Of a stretch of 37,981 bases of DNA, positions 1 through 7,159 are shown in pieces. A model generated the notes under the pieces. It saw only the letters and a list, made by a program, of their open reading frames with translations, did not search any database and had not been told where the DNA came from. The stretch is from a virus (Duplodnaviria; Caudoviricetes): positions 1 through 37,981 of the IMG/VR virus record IMGVR_UViG_3300048850_000072; one strand, written 5' to 3'. Position numbers and translations under genes: made by a program. Every line of letters begins with the position of its first letter. Position 1 is the first letter of the stretch.

Positions 1-38
1 TTCGGCGCCGGGGATGGGTATTCCCCCGCCACTGGCCG

Positions 39-115
39 GCGCCCGTAGCTCAGCTGGATAGAGCACCAGACTACGAATCTGGGGGTCAGGAGTTCGAATC
101 TCTTCGGGCGCGCCA
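39..115 (+). tRNA. tRNA-Arg (anticodon ACG), probable prophage attachment locus
   Basis: 77-nt cloverleaf: acceptor stem GCGCCCG/CGGGCGC, D-arm TAGCTCAGCTGGATAGAGC, anticodon arm CCAGA-CT-ACG-AA-TCTGG (ACG at 73-75), T-loop GTTCGAATC, encoded CCA at 113-115. Confidence 0.98.
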
Positions 116-117
116 GT

Positions 118-183
118 TACCAGTCACTTAGCGGCCTGCCTGTTGCAATCCCCGAGGGGTTTGCAACAGGCCGCTGCAACAGG
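118..183. repeat. att-arm region: IHF-like site, hairpin and three TGCAACAGG copies
   Basis: TACCAGTCACTTA (118-130) matches WATCARNNNNTTR with one mismatch; CCTGTTGCAA (139-148, inverted), TTGCAACAGG (161-170), CTGCAACAGG (174-183); the first two form a stem-loop between the converging tRNA and int. Confidence 0.6.
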
Positions 184-186
184 TCA

Positions 187-1407
187 TTACGGCCTGACCC
201 GCTTCACCAGCGGCACGATGTTCCCGGCACCGCCGGCTTCCCACTTTTCCACGCCGCCCAACGCCACATCGCCGCGCCTCGGCAGATAGGTGTCGAGGAT
301 CTTCTGTGCACGGTCGATGCTGTGACCGCTCAGCGCGGCGATCTGCGGGGTGGTGGCGCCCGCCACCGCCAGTTGCACCATGCCTGTCCGGCGAAGGTCC
401 CGGCGCTGCAGGTTGTCCAGCATGCGGCTCCGGATCGTCTCCTTCGCCTCCGCCCGCGCGACCTTCTGCGTGCGCGGCGGCAGGCCGCCCATCTCCGCCA
501 TCGCCAGCCGTGCAATCCGCCAGTTCGCGCGATGGCGCACCCTGTCCCACGCTCGCGCGAAGTTGCGGTAGCGCCAGGTAAGGCCGGTCGGGCTGGCGAC
601 CAGCAGCGGGCTGGCGCGTCGTTTGCGCGCCTTGATGCCTTCGGCGCTGTTCACCGCGCTGGTCCGGATCAGCTCCCGCTCGAGGCCGCTGTGGCAGGGC
701 ACGTCGACCATGGCCGACGTTTTGCCCTGGCGCAGTCGGATCCAAGTCCGGCCGTCCTGCTGGTAGACCATCGGGGTGGCGAGCTGCAGCATGTCGCTCG
801 GCCGCTGAACTGTGTAGAGCAACAGCGCGCACGCCCGGCGCAGCTGGGGCTGGTCAGCGGCAGCATCCAGAAATGCGTCGATTTGCCACTGCCGCCAGAT
901 CTGATCACGCGGCCGCGTCTCGTACAGCGACAGGCGCTCGGCCGGGTTCTTCGATAGGCCAGCCAGTTCCAGCTCATGGATGGCGAAGTTCATCACCAGC
1001 CGCAGGGTGCGCAGGATCGCGTTTCCGCGCCACGGCCGGTCGGCGTAGCTGGCATGCAGAGCGCGGACCACCTTGCGGGTGATCCCGTGCACCGGCACCG
1101 TTTCCCACATGCCGCGCATGATCTCGATATGCGAGCTGTATTCCGCCTTCGTGCGCGGCGCGCGCGCCAGGAACTGTGAGCTGCTGAGGTAGAGCGCGCA
1201 GATCTCGCCGAAGCTGCCGGACGGCGGGGCTGGCTTGCCTTTCGCCCCCTCCAACTCCTGAGCTCGGGCCTGCGCTGCTTCCTTCGTCCAGCCATCGCGG
1301 CTGCGGCCGATCAGCGCGCCAGTGGCTCGGTGGTACCAAGTGAACTCCCGCCCGCCGTCAGGCCGCTTTCTGCTGACGGTGTTTAGGGCGGTGGCGGGGC
1401 GCGGCAT
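187..1407 (-). CDS. int: Phage tyrosine integrase
   Basis: 406 aa; box I LLLYTVQR, catalytic K in QGKT, box II RDLRRT...LSGHS...ILDTY; N-terminal arm-binding-like beta region; adjacent to tRNA. Confidence 0.93.
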   Translation of the reverse strand: MPRPATALNTVSRKRPDGGREFTWYHRATGALIGRSRDGWTKEAAQARAQELEGAKGKPAPPSGSFGEICALYLSSSQFLARAPRTKAEYSSHIEIMRGMWETVPVHGITRKVVRALHASYADRPWRGNAILRTLRLVMNFAIHELELAGLSKNPAERLSLYETRPRDQIWRQWQIDAFLDAAADQPQLRRACALLLYTVQRPSDMLQLATPMVYQQDGRTWIRLRQGKTSAMVDVPCHSGLERELIRTSAVNSAEGIKARKRRASPLLVASPTGLTWRYRNFARAWDRVRHRANWRIARLAMAEMGGLPPRTQKVARAEAKETIRSRMLDNLQRRDLRRTGMVQLAVAGATTPQIAALSGHSIDRAQKILDTYLPRRGDVALGGVEKWEAGGAGNIVPLVKRVRP

Positions 1408-1726
1408 TCTGAAGACCTCTCATGGCGGCCGCCTCGGCAGTTCCGAGGATGACCTGTTCCGGCAGGGCCGTAACCTGCGGCACCGCTGGAGCTTGGGCGA
1501 GTGGAACCTGTCCATAGGAATCGCGGTCGGCGAAGGCGTCCAGCAGCCGGCGATCCCAGGTGATACTGGTGCCCTTGGCGCCGCGCCGGCGCGGTGGCGG
1601 CCACAGGCCAGCCGATACCTCTTCGTCGAAGGTAGTCGGCGACACGCCGAGGTAGGCAGCCGCCTCGCGCCGGCTGAGGTAGCGCGGCTCGATCGGGGCC
1701 GCCGGGGCCAGGCATCGATCAGCCAT
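1358..1726 (-). CDS. xis: Excisionase / AlpA-like HTH protein
   Basis: PRYLSRREAAAYLGVSPTTFDEEVSAGLWPPP...WDRRLLD winged-HTH signature, immediately upstream of int; ATG 1726 preceded by GAGAGG (ORF track starts at 1747). Confidence 0.8.
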   Translation of the reverse strand: MADRCLAPAAPIEPRYLSRREAAAYLGVSPTTFDEEVSAGLWPPPRRRGAKGTSITWDRRLLDAFADRDSYGQVPLAQAPAVPQVTALPEQVILGTAEAAAMRGLQNAAPRHRPKHRQQKAA

Positions 1727-2030
1727 CGCCTGCCTCTCGGTCGCCACGGTTCGGGCTTTCGCCTCCAGTAATGCCTAGGGCGGTTGCAGGGCCGTTCAGC
1801 GTGCGCCCGTAGGCCACCGCCTTCTCCCACATCAGAGCGAAGGCGCCGGTGGTGATACCGGTGCCCCCCTTGCAGGCCTCATGCCGCATCCGGACGTTTG
1901 CGACGGCCGGCAGGATGACCAAGCCGGCCGCGTCCAGTTCAGCCAGCATGGCGCTGGCGATCCGCTCACCCTGCGGAACTGTCGCGCCGCCCGCAACGCA
2001 TGCGCGAGTGATGCGGTCGCGGTTCGTCAC
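1719..2030 (-). CDS. Hypothetical early phage protein
   Basis: GTG start at 2030 overlaps the upstream stop (GTGA); part of a tightly coupled leftward operon. Confidence 0.65.
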   Translation of the reverse strand: MTNRDRITRACVAGGATVPQGERIASAMLAELDAAGLVILPAVANVRMRHEACKGGTGITTGAFALMWEKAVAYGRTLNGPATALGITGGESPNRGDREAGDG

Positions 2031-2266
2031 TTCCGCAATTCCACGGCCAAGGTGTCCCACCTGTCCGTGCCGGTACGCTCATTGCCAGCACCAGCATGGA
2101 CCATGGCCTCGCGCTCTGTGCTGTGCAGAGCCACCACGGTATTGCGGTCGAACACGGCGTACACGGCGGGAGCGCCAGGTGCCGCCTTGGGCGCCGCGAA
2201 AAGCATCTTCGGACGGCGGCGCAGGAAGAGAACCAGGCCGGCAAGGCCGTTAGCGAAAATTGCCAT
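2027..2266 (-). CDS. Hypothetical protein, 79 aa, with hydrophobic N-terminus
   Basis: ATG 2266 preceded by GGAG; begins MAIFANGLAGLVLFLRRRPK; stop coupled to the next gene. Confidence 0.6.
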   Translation of the reverse strand: MAIFANGLAGLVLFLRRRPKMLFAAPKAAPGAPAVYAVFDRNTVVALHSTEREAMVHAGAGNERTGTDRWDTLAVELRK

Positions 2267-2837
2267 GGCGGCGTCTCCGAATAAGAGCCAGCAGCACAAG
2301 AGCGCTGCCGAGAATGAGGAATGACGAGGGCTCGACCACAGCCACCGCCGTGCCAGGTGCAGCTGAGCTGCCCGACACCACGACCGCGAGTTCCGTGGAC
2401 GGCAGGACCGACACACCGGGGACTCCGGTGAGCGCAGCGAAGTCGCGGCCCTCGAGCGGGCCGCCGAAGCCGCCGAACACGCTGGCTGTCTGCAGCAGGC
2501 CTTCGCTGCCGAAGGCTGACCCCGCGTAGGCCGGGGCGCCGTAGGCAACGCCCAGACCGCCAGCCGCGAAGGCGCCGCCGCCGTACGGCAGCGTACCGGC
2601 ATAGGATGGCAGGCCGTCGAAGCCAGGGGGCAGGGCGCCGCCGTAGAGGGGCGCATTGGCGGTGCTGACCAGCTTCCACTCGCATACGGGGCCGCCTTGA
2701 CGGATGGCGGGCGGCCCGGGACGCGGCACCACTACGCCGGTGCCGACGACACCCGCTGCGCCGGCCACCTTCCGTCGAATCACGCGACGTGCCGTGCGCT
2801 TGCAGACCAAGATCCAAACGGCTGAGGGATCGGTCAT
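2250..2837 (-). CDS. Gly/Pro-rich protein with a PEP-CTERM-like C-terminal sorting signal
   Basis: C-terminus VVEPSSFLILGSALVLLALIRRRR (xEP motif, TM helix, Arg cluster); ATGA overlap with the upstream gene. Confidence 0.7.
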   Translation of the reverse strand: MTDPSAVWILVCKRTARRVIRRKVAGAAGVVGTGVVVPRPGPPAIRQGGPVCEWKLVSTANAPLYGGALPPGFDGLPSYAGTLPYGGGAFAAGGLGVAYGAPAYAGSAFGSEGLLQTASVFGGFGGPLEGRDFAALTGVPGVSVLPSTELAVVVSGSSAAPGTAVAVVEPSSFLILGSALVLLALIRRRRHGNFR

Positions 2838-3367
2838 GACTTCTTCCCCAGCCGCAGCGGCACGTAGACGGTCCGCTCTACTAGGCCGAGCGCTGCCACG
2901 ATGTTTGGCGCCAGGGTGTCGCGTCGCTTCGCCAGCGCGTCGCCTACCTGTCCCTTCGACAGGCGCCGCTTCGAGGCGAAGGCTGTAGGGCCACCAGCAT
3001 CCTGTACGGCACCGAACAGCATGCGGCGCGCGCCGGCGTCGTCGTACAGCGGCTCCAGCATCATGGTCTGCGCGAAGGATGCCTCGAAGCCGGGCAGCGC
3101 GTCGGCGCCAGCCACCAGCCGGAACCCCGTGCGCAGCTCGGCGAACACACTGGCATCGACCGGCGTCAGTTCGTCACCCACCAGCCAGTCGCCACCAGCG
3201 CGGCGTGTCAGTGCCTGGCCGGCAAGCAGCCGTAGCGCCAGCTCGCGCGTCGTTGTCACGCGTGGGCGCGCTCGGGCCACGGGGAGGCAAGGGGGTTCCG
3301 CTTCGGTGGTGGAGATCTCGCGGCCGAACATGTCGACGTCGCGCGCGGCGGTGGCGGCGTCAGACAC
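2834..3367 (-). CDS. Hypothetical protein with a possible C-terminal Cro-like HTH
   Basis: AVQDAGGPTAFASKRRLSKGQVGDALAKRR...IVAALGL resembles an HTH; overlaps both neighbours. Confidence 0.6.
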   Translation of the reverse strand: MSDAATAARDVDMFGREISTTEAEPPCLPVARARPRVTTTRELALRLLAGQALTRRAGGDWLVGDELTPVDASVFAELRTGFRLVAGADALPGFEASFAQTMMLEPLYDDAGARRMLFGAVQDAGGPTAFASKRRLSKGQVGDALAKRRDTLAPNIVAALGLVERTVYVPLRLGKKS

Positions 3368-3755
3368 AGGGCACCTCGAGGCGCGCGGCCTTGCACAGCG
3401 GCTCGACCGCCTCGTGCCAGCCGGGGTTGATGGCTGCCAGCCGGACTAGGCCGCTCACCGCCCAGGGCATGCGGGCCAGCAGCTGCGCCACGCGAGGCAT
3501 CTGCAGGCTGTCCGGGGGCGACATGCGGGCGCCGTGACCCGAAATGCCAAGCGCGGACCGCAGCAGGACCTCGCCGGGAGCGCAGCGCTCGGAGCCCAGC
3601 AACCAAGTCAGGGCATCGCGCTGCTGGTCCAGTTCTTCCAGCAGCGTGATGCTGCTGCCCGGCTGGTCCAGCACGGCATCGAGTGCGCGCATGGCGTGCC
3701 GCGCGTCACGCAGCGCCACCGCCTCGGCGCTGGTGATGGTCTCAAGGCCCGTCAT
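3360..3755 (-). CDS. Hypothetical phage protein
   Basis: ATG 3755 in ATGA overlap with the upstream stop; helical, normal composition from MTGLETITS onward. Confidence 0.65.
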   Translation of the reverse strand: MTGLETITSAEAVALRDARHAMRALDAVLDQPGSSITLLEELDQQRDALTWLLGSERCAPGEVLLRSALGISGHGARMSPPDSLQMPRVAQLLARMPWAVSGLVRLAAINPGWHEAVEPLCKAARLEVPCV

Positions 3756-4045
3756 ACCGGCGTACCCAGAGCGGCGTGCAGGCGGGCGCGCTGGCCGAAG
3801 AAGCCAGCTTCCACGCGATGCTCGATCACCATCTCGTCGTCGCCAGCCGCCTCGGCCGCAGCGGCGCAGGACAGGCAGTTCAGCTCCATTGCGCGGGCGG
3901 TCAGCGCCATGCGCTCCAGCGAACAAAGCGGCGCCTGGTTGCGCTCGCGCAGTACCAGGACAGCTTCATGTGCCAGTCGGCCGGCTCGGCGATGCGCCAG
4001 GAACCGGAGGAAGGAACGGCGCGGGTGGCGAAGGCTGCCCATCAC
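3752..4045 (-). CDS. Hypothetical phage protein
   Basis: 97 aa; 4-nt overlaps on both sides. Confidence 0.6.
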   Translation of the reverse strand: MMGSLRHPRRSFLRFLAHRRAGRLAHEAVLVLRERNQAPLCSLERMALTARAMELNCLSCAAAAEAAGDDEMVIEHRVEAGFFGQRARLHAALGTPV

Positions 4046-4866
4046 GCGGCCCTCCGCTTCGCAGGCACCTTGCGGGCCAGGTCAAACTCCTCCTGCCAGC
4101 GCGTAACCAGGGAGAACGACACGCCCAGCTCGTCGGCAACGGCGCGACCACGCTTGCCGGCAGCGAACAGCTGCATGGCCTCGGGCTTCAGCTGGTCCGG
4201 GTTCTCCTTCATGGCCGCCTTGCGCTCTGCAATCGCCGGCGGCAACGGCGGAGGCTCCATCACGACGGCGCCCAGCTCAGGCACCACCGGTGCTAAGTCC
4301 TGCTCAGGCGTGACCAGCGGCGTTGGATTCTCGACCGGTTCCGGGGCCGGCTCCGGAACCACCATGGGTTCCGGTGCAGCTGCTGGCGCGACCGGCTGCT
4401 CCTTCCGTTCCGCGTTGTCGGCGTGGTGCAGTGGCACCAGGCCGGATGCCGTCAGTGTCGCATCACGTGGCCGGATGAAGAGGCCCTCGAGCTCCAACGG
4501 CGCGGCGATGAAGACGGTGCCCGGCCTGGCTTCCCAGGCCAGCGCCTGGTGGCTCACTGTGGCATCGAGGGTGGGCTCGAGCAGGGTGAACTTCGCCGTG
4601 GCGCTGGGAGATCCGGGTAGGCGCGACAGGACGCGACTGTCCGACGCCTCGGCCGCGAGATCGAGCCTCAGCCAGCCGCGATCCGCGCCTACGCCAAAGT
4701 GCAGCGTGGTGAAATCGCCAGGCTTCAGGTCCGCAGCGACCATAACCTCCGGCGACAGCAGCACGCCGAGCAGCCGCTTGCTGGTGTTGCCGGTGCGCAT
4801 GATCTGCAAGCGCACGGGCGCGGGGGCGGGCACCGGGCGGCCCTGTGGGATGAGGGACCAGGCCAT
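4042..4866 (-). CDS. Protein with a beta-rich N-domain, Pro/Glu linker and C-terminal HTH
   Basis: C-terminus EAMQLFAAGKRGRAVADELGVSFSLVTRW is a clear HTH; PEPAPEP linker. Confidence 0.75.
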   Translation of the reverse strand: MAWSLIPQGRPVPAPAPVRLQIMRTGNTSKRLLGVLLSPEVMVAADLKPGDFTTLHFGVGADRGWLRLDLAAEASDSRVLSRLPGSPSATAKFTLLEPTLDATVSHQALAWEARPGTVFIAAPLELEGLFIRPRDATLTASGLVPLHHADNAERKEQPVAPAAAPEPMVVPEPAPEPVENPTPLVTPEQDLAPVVPELGAVVMEPPPLPPAIAERKAAMKENPDQLKPEAMQLFAAGKRGRAVADELGVSFSLVTRWQEEFDLARKVPAKRRAA

Positions 4867-4869
4867 CGC

Positions 4870-5283
4870 TCAGGCCTCGCCGCTCACGGCGGCATGGCCG
4901 CGCAGGCTGTCGCCCAGCTCGCGCACCGCGCGGGAGCCGGCGGGCTGGAGGATGGCCAGAACGCTGCGGCGATCCGCCGGATCGATCTGCCGCTTCACCA
5001 GGTTCAGCTCGCCTAGGACATCGAGGGCGCGCGTGATCGAGGGCTTGTTGACCCCCAGCGCTGCGGCCATGCCGCGCACCGTATGCGGGCCGGGCTTGGT
5101 GGCGACGGTCAGCAGCACGCCGAGCTGGCGACTGGACAGGTCGCGGTTCTCGTTACGGCAAAGGTCGATCACCGCGCCGGTGAAGGTGTGCAGCAGGGGA
5201 AGTGCTGCAGTCTGGGGCGGGGTCGAGGGCGGCTTCGCGGCACGAGGGTGCGCGTGGGTGGCCGCCGAAGGAAGGTGCTGCAT
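4870..5283 (-). CDS. MarR-family winged-helix regulator
   Basis: DLSSRQLGVLL...TVRGMAAALGVNKPSITRALDVLGELNLVKRQIDPADRRSV (DxR wing motif); GGAG RBS. Confidence 0.88.
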   Translation of the reverse strand: MQHLPSAATHAHPRAAKPPSTPPQTAALPLLHTFTGAVIDLCRNENRDLSSRQLGVLLTVATKPGPHTVRGMAAALGVNKPSITRALDVLGELNLVKRQIDPADRRSVLAILQPAGSRAVRELGDSLRGHAAVSGEA

Positions 5284-5317
5284 CGATATCTCCGTGCCGA
5301 TGGGGCACGGTCAATAT

Positions 5318-5387
5318 TTCAGCCACGCTGAACTGATGCAATCAGAAAAATCAGCTCTGCTGAAATTATAGCTTCAGCCGCGCTGAC
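5318..5387. promoter_or_regulatory. Left operator (OL): three TCAG-N5-CTGA palindromes over the putative leftward promoter
   Basis: TTCAGccacgCTGAA 5318-5332, ATCAGctctgCTGAA 5350-5364, TTCAGccgcgCTGAC 5373-5387; a minus-strand TTGCAT-N17-AATATT spans the first site. Confidence 0.75.
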
Positions 5388-5455
5388 GTCGAATCCGGAA
5401 CCTGCGCGTAGACATGCGCGGATACCCAATCTCGAAACGAAAATCTACTCTTGAT

Positions 5456-5470
5456 GTTCCACTTTTGTTC
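5456..5470. promoter_or_regulatory. Alphaproteobacterial LexA (SOS) box
   Basis: GTTC-cactttt-GTTC, an exact GTTC-N7-GTTC match with a T-rich spacer, in an AT-rich intergenic region. Confidence 0.75.
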
Positions 5471-5498
5471 GCGTCGTATGGATTGCGAAGGAGCAAGG

Positions 5499-5888
5499 TT
5501 ATGAGGAACTTCCGGGAAGACGGCGCCGAGCCCCCGCCGGGTGCGCCGGTTTTTCCTCCAAAGCCAGAGCCAAACTGTCCGCCAGGTTGGCCCGCAGTCC
5601 ACTCAGATCCCCCAGAAGGATCCAGTCAGCGCTCACGCCGTAGCGCTTACAGAACTTGGCGATACCAAACCAGTCAGGCCGGTTTTGATTGGTGATCCAG
5701 TTCGAAAAGCGCGACTGGCTGACACCTATGGAGTCCGCGATCTCACCCTTTGGTCGGTCGATCGCTTCGACCGCCAGCTTCAGACGGTACGCGAGTCCCT
5801 CGTAAAACTCGACTTCCCGCGGATCGCTCGATGCTCTTTCCATAACGCCCGAGGCTAAGGCCAGCGCCCCCTGTTCGCCCGTCAGCAT
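5499..5888 (-). CDS. cI: Prophage repressor (CI-like XRE HTH) lacking an S24 peptidase domain
   Basis: RLKLAVEAIDRPKGEIADSIGVSQSRFSNWITNQNRPD...FCKRYGVSADWILLG; divergent from cro; start at 5888 or 5843 (the ORF-track start 6077 lies inside cro). Confidence 0.85.
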   Translation of the reverse strand: MLTGEQGALALASGVMERASSDPREVEFYEGLAYRLKLAVEAIDRPKGEIADSIGVSQSRFSNWITNQNRPDWFGIAKFCKRYGVSADWILLGDLSGLRANLADSLALALEEKPAHPAGARRRLPGSSS

Positions 5889-5903
5889 CACAGGGGAAGG
5901 AAT

Positions 5904-5933
5904 TTCAGTTGCGCTGATTTCAGCGTCGCTGTA
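5904..5933. promoter_or_regulatory. Right operator (OR): two adjacent TCAG-N5-CTG(A/T) sites between cI and cro
   Basis: TTCAGttgcgCTGAT 5904-5918 and TTCAGcgtcgCTGTA 5919-5933; same motif as OL. Confidence 0.75.
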
Positions 5934-5945
5934 ATTCTGTCGGCC

Positions 5946-6191
5946 ATGGCGATTCGAACCAGAGGGGCCGGGCCCCATGACAACATCGTGGACCGCGCCT
6001 GCCGACAGGTGGGCGGGGCAAGTGCCCTTGCCGCCATTGTCGGCGTAGGTCCCAGTGCGATCAGCAACTGGCGCCACGACGGCGTGCCTGCGGCGCGAGT
6101 GCCGCAGGTCGCGAAGGCTACGGGGCTACGATACCACGAGATCCGGCCTGACGTGTTCGAGCCACCAGCAGCGTCGGCGGCCGCGGCGTGA
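5946..6191 (+). CDS. cro: Cro/YdaS-like repressor
   Basis: VDRACRQVGGASALAAIVGVGPSAISNW...VPAARVPQVAKATGLRYHEIRPDVF (RPD motif); divergent from cI. Confidence 0.88.
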   Translation: MAIRTRGAGPHDNIVDRACRQVGGASALAAIVGVGPSAISNWRHDGVPAARVPQVAKATGLRYHEIRPDVFEPPAASAAAA

Positions 6192-6907
6192 TGCCCCAGT
6201 TTCCCTTGAGCACTACGCCGCTGCTTGGCATCGGACTGTTCCTGACCGACGCAAGCGGCCACCGTTTGCTGACCAATAAACATAGGGACCGGCCGCATCG
6301 CATCAGCGATGCACAGCTCCACTTCTTGTTGGAAGCTATCGGTGCCGCATCGATAGTTCGCGCAGGAGGACATCAACAACCTCCCACGGCGGCATACCTT
6401 GCAGGCCTGGCAGCTGGCATTGAAGCTGGACGTCGATCTTGCCTGCATCCTGCTCTGTACCGTGCGTCAGTTGGGACCTTTGTTGAAGACGAAGGTGCAC
6501 CCGGAACAGCGGTGGGTCGTACTGTTGAACCTTCCCGGTCACCGGATGAGCTTCGTAGCTCACCTGCTGAAGCGACAGCAGCTGAACATTCGGGTTCGCT
6601 TGGCCCCAAGACATCAGATTCCCTCATGGGCTGTGTGGAAGCTCCCATGATGGATGACGCGGGAGGGGCCGACAACGCTCCTCCCGCCGACCCCTCAGCG
6701 CAACAGCCCTCTCGATTTGTCCAAGACGCTGATAGGGTCGAGCGGCTTCTTGAAAGGCTGACCAGCCTCCACGTTGCTGCCGCACAGCATGAATTTGATC
6801 GCCACGTCAGCGAAGTCCACGTGGCGACGGTTCTTGAGGCTGGTTCGTTGATCGCTAGCGCGGCAGCGGTGATGCGTTCTTTGCGCCGTAGTCTAGGCCA
6901 GTCTTGA
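6188..6907 (+). CDS. Hypothetical protein with atypical codon usage
   Basis: GTGA-coupled to the cro stop; 239 aa; many T/A-ending codons; no recognisable domain. Confidence 0.45.
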   Translation: MMPQFPLSTTPLLGIGLFLTDASGHRLLTNKHRDRPHRISDAQLHFLLEAIGAASIVRAGGHQQPPTAAYLAGLAAGIEAGRRSCLHPALYRASVGTFVEDEGAPGTAVGRTVEPSRSPDELRSSPAEATAAEHSGSLGPKTSDSLMGCVEAPMMDDAGGADNAPPADPSAQQPSRFVQDADRVERLLERLTSLHVAAAQHEFDRHVSEVHVATVLEAGSLIASAAAVMRSLRRSLGQS

Positions 6908-7121
6908 TGCCCTGGAGCACCTGTTTGGCGGCAGCCACCGTTACCTCCTGGCTCTCGTCTGTTGCTGTCAGTTTTGCAATGGATCCCAGGCGCTCCACAA
7001 CGAGCTTCAGGGCCTCTCCATCTGCTAAGCCCAGCATCAAGCCCATAGCTTCCTGCATCATCATGACCTCGACCCGCAGCTTGGCAATTTCGCGGTGGAA
7101 GTCTGGCGGAGGTTTGGACAT
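6855..7121 (-). CDS. Small helical hypothetical protein, counter-oriented
   Basis: ATG 7121 with GGAG upstream; amphipathic MSKPPPDFHREIAKLRVEVMMMQEAMGLML... Confidence 0.55.
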   Translation of the reverse strand: MSKPPPDFHREIAKLRVEVMMMQEAMGLMLGLADGEALKLVVERLGSIAKLTATDESQEVTVAAAKQVLQGIKTGLDYGAKNASPLPR

Positions 7122-7159
7122 TCGATTCTCCATGGGGTTGGTCGCGCTTCCCATGGTGA

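Noticed and set aside
39-115. tRNA as phage-carried cargo
   Set aside because: It lies at the element boundary next to int, the classic host attachment-site arrangement
128-832. 234-aa alternative-frame ORF within the integrase
   Set aside because: Same-strand off-frame overlap with low-complexity composition; the integrase frame carries all the motifs
3776-5371. 531-aa plus-strand ORF
   Set aside because: Antisense shadow of the coupled minus-strand early genes; Ser/Arg/Ala-rich with no motifs, as expected in high-GC DNA
5374-5415. 13-aa Arg-rich minus-strand micro-ORF (MSTRRFRIRRQRG) between the LexA box and OL
   Set aside because: No convincing RBS and too short to distinguish from chance; revisit only if the SOS transcript proves to be leftward
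5889-6077. N-terminal extension of the repressor given in the ORF track (192 aa)
   Set aside because: It would overlap cro and the OR operators; a start at 5888 or 5843 is more plausible
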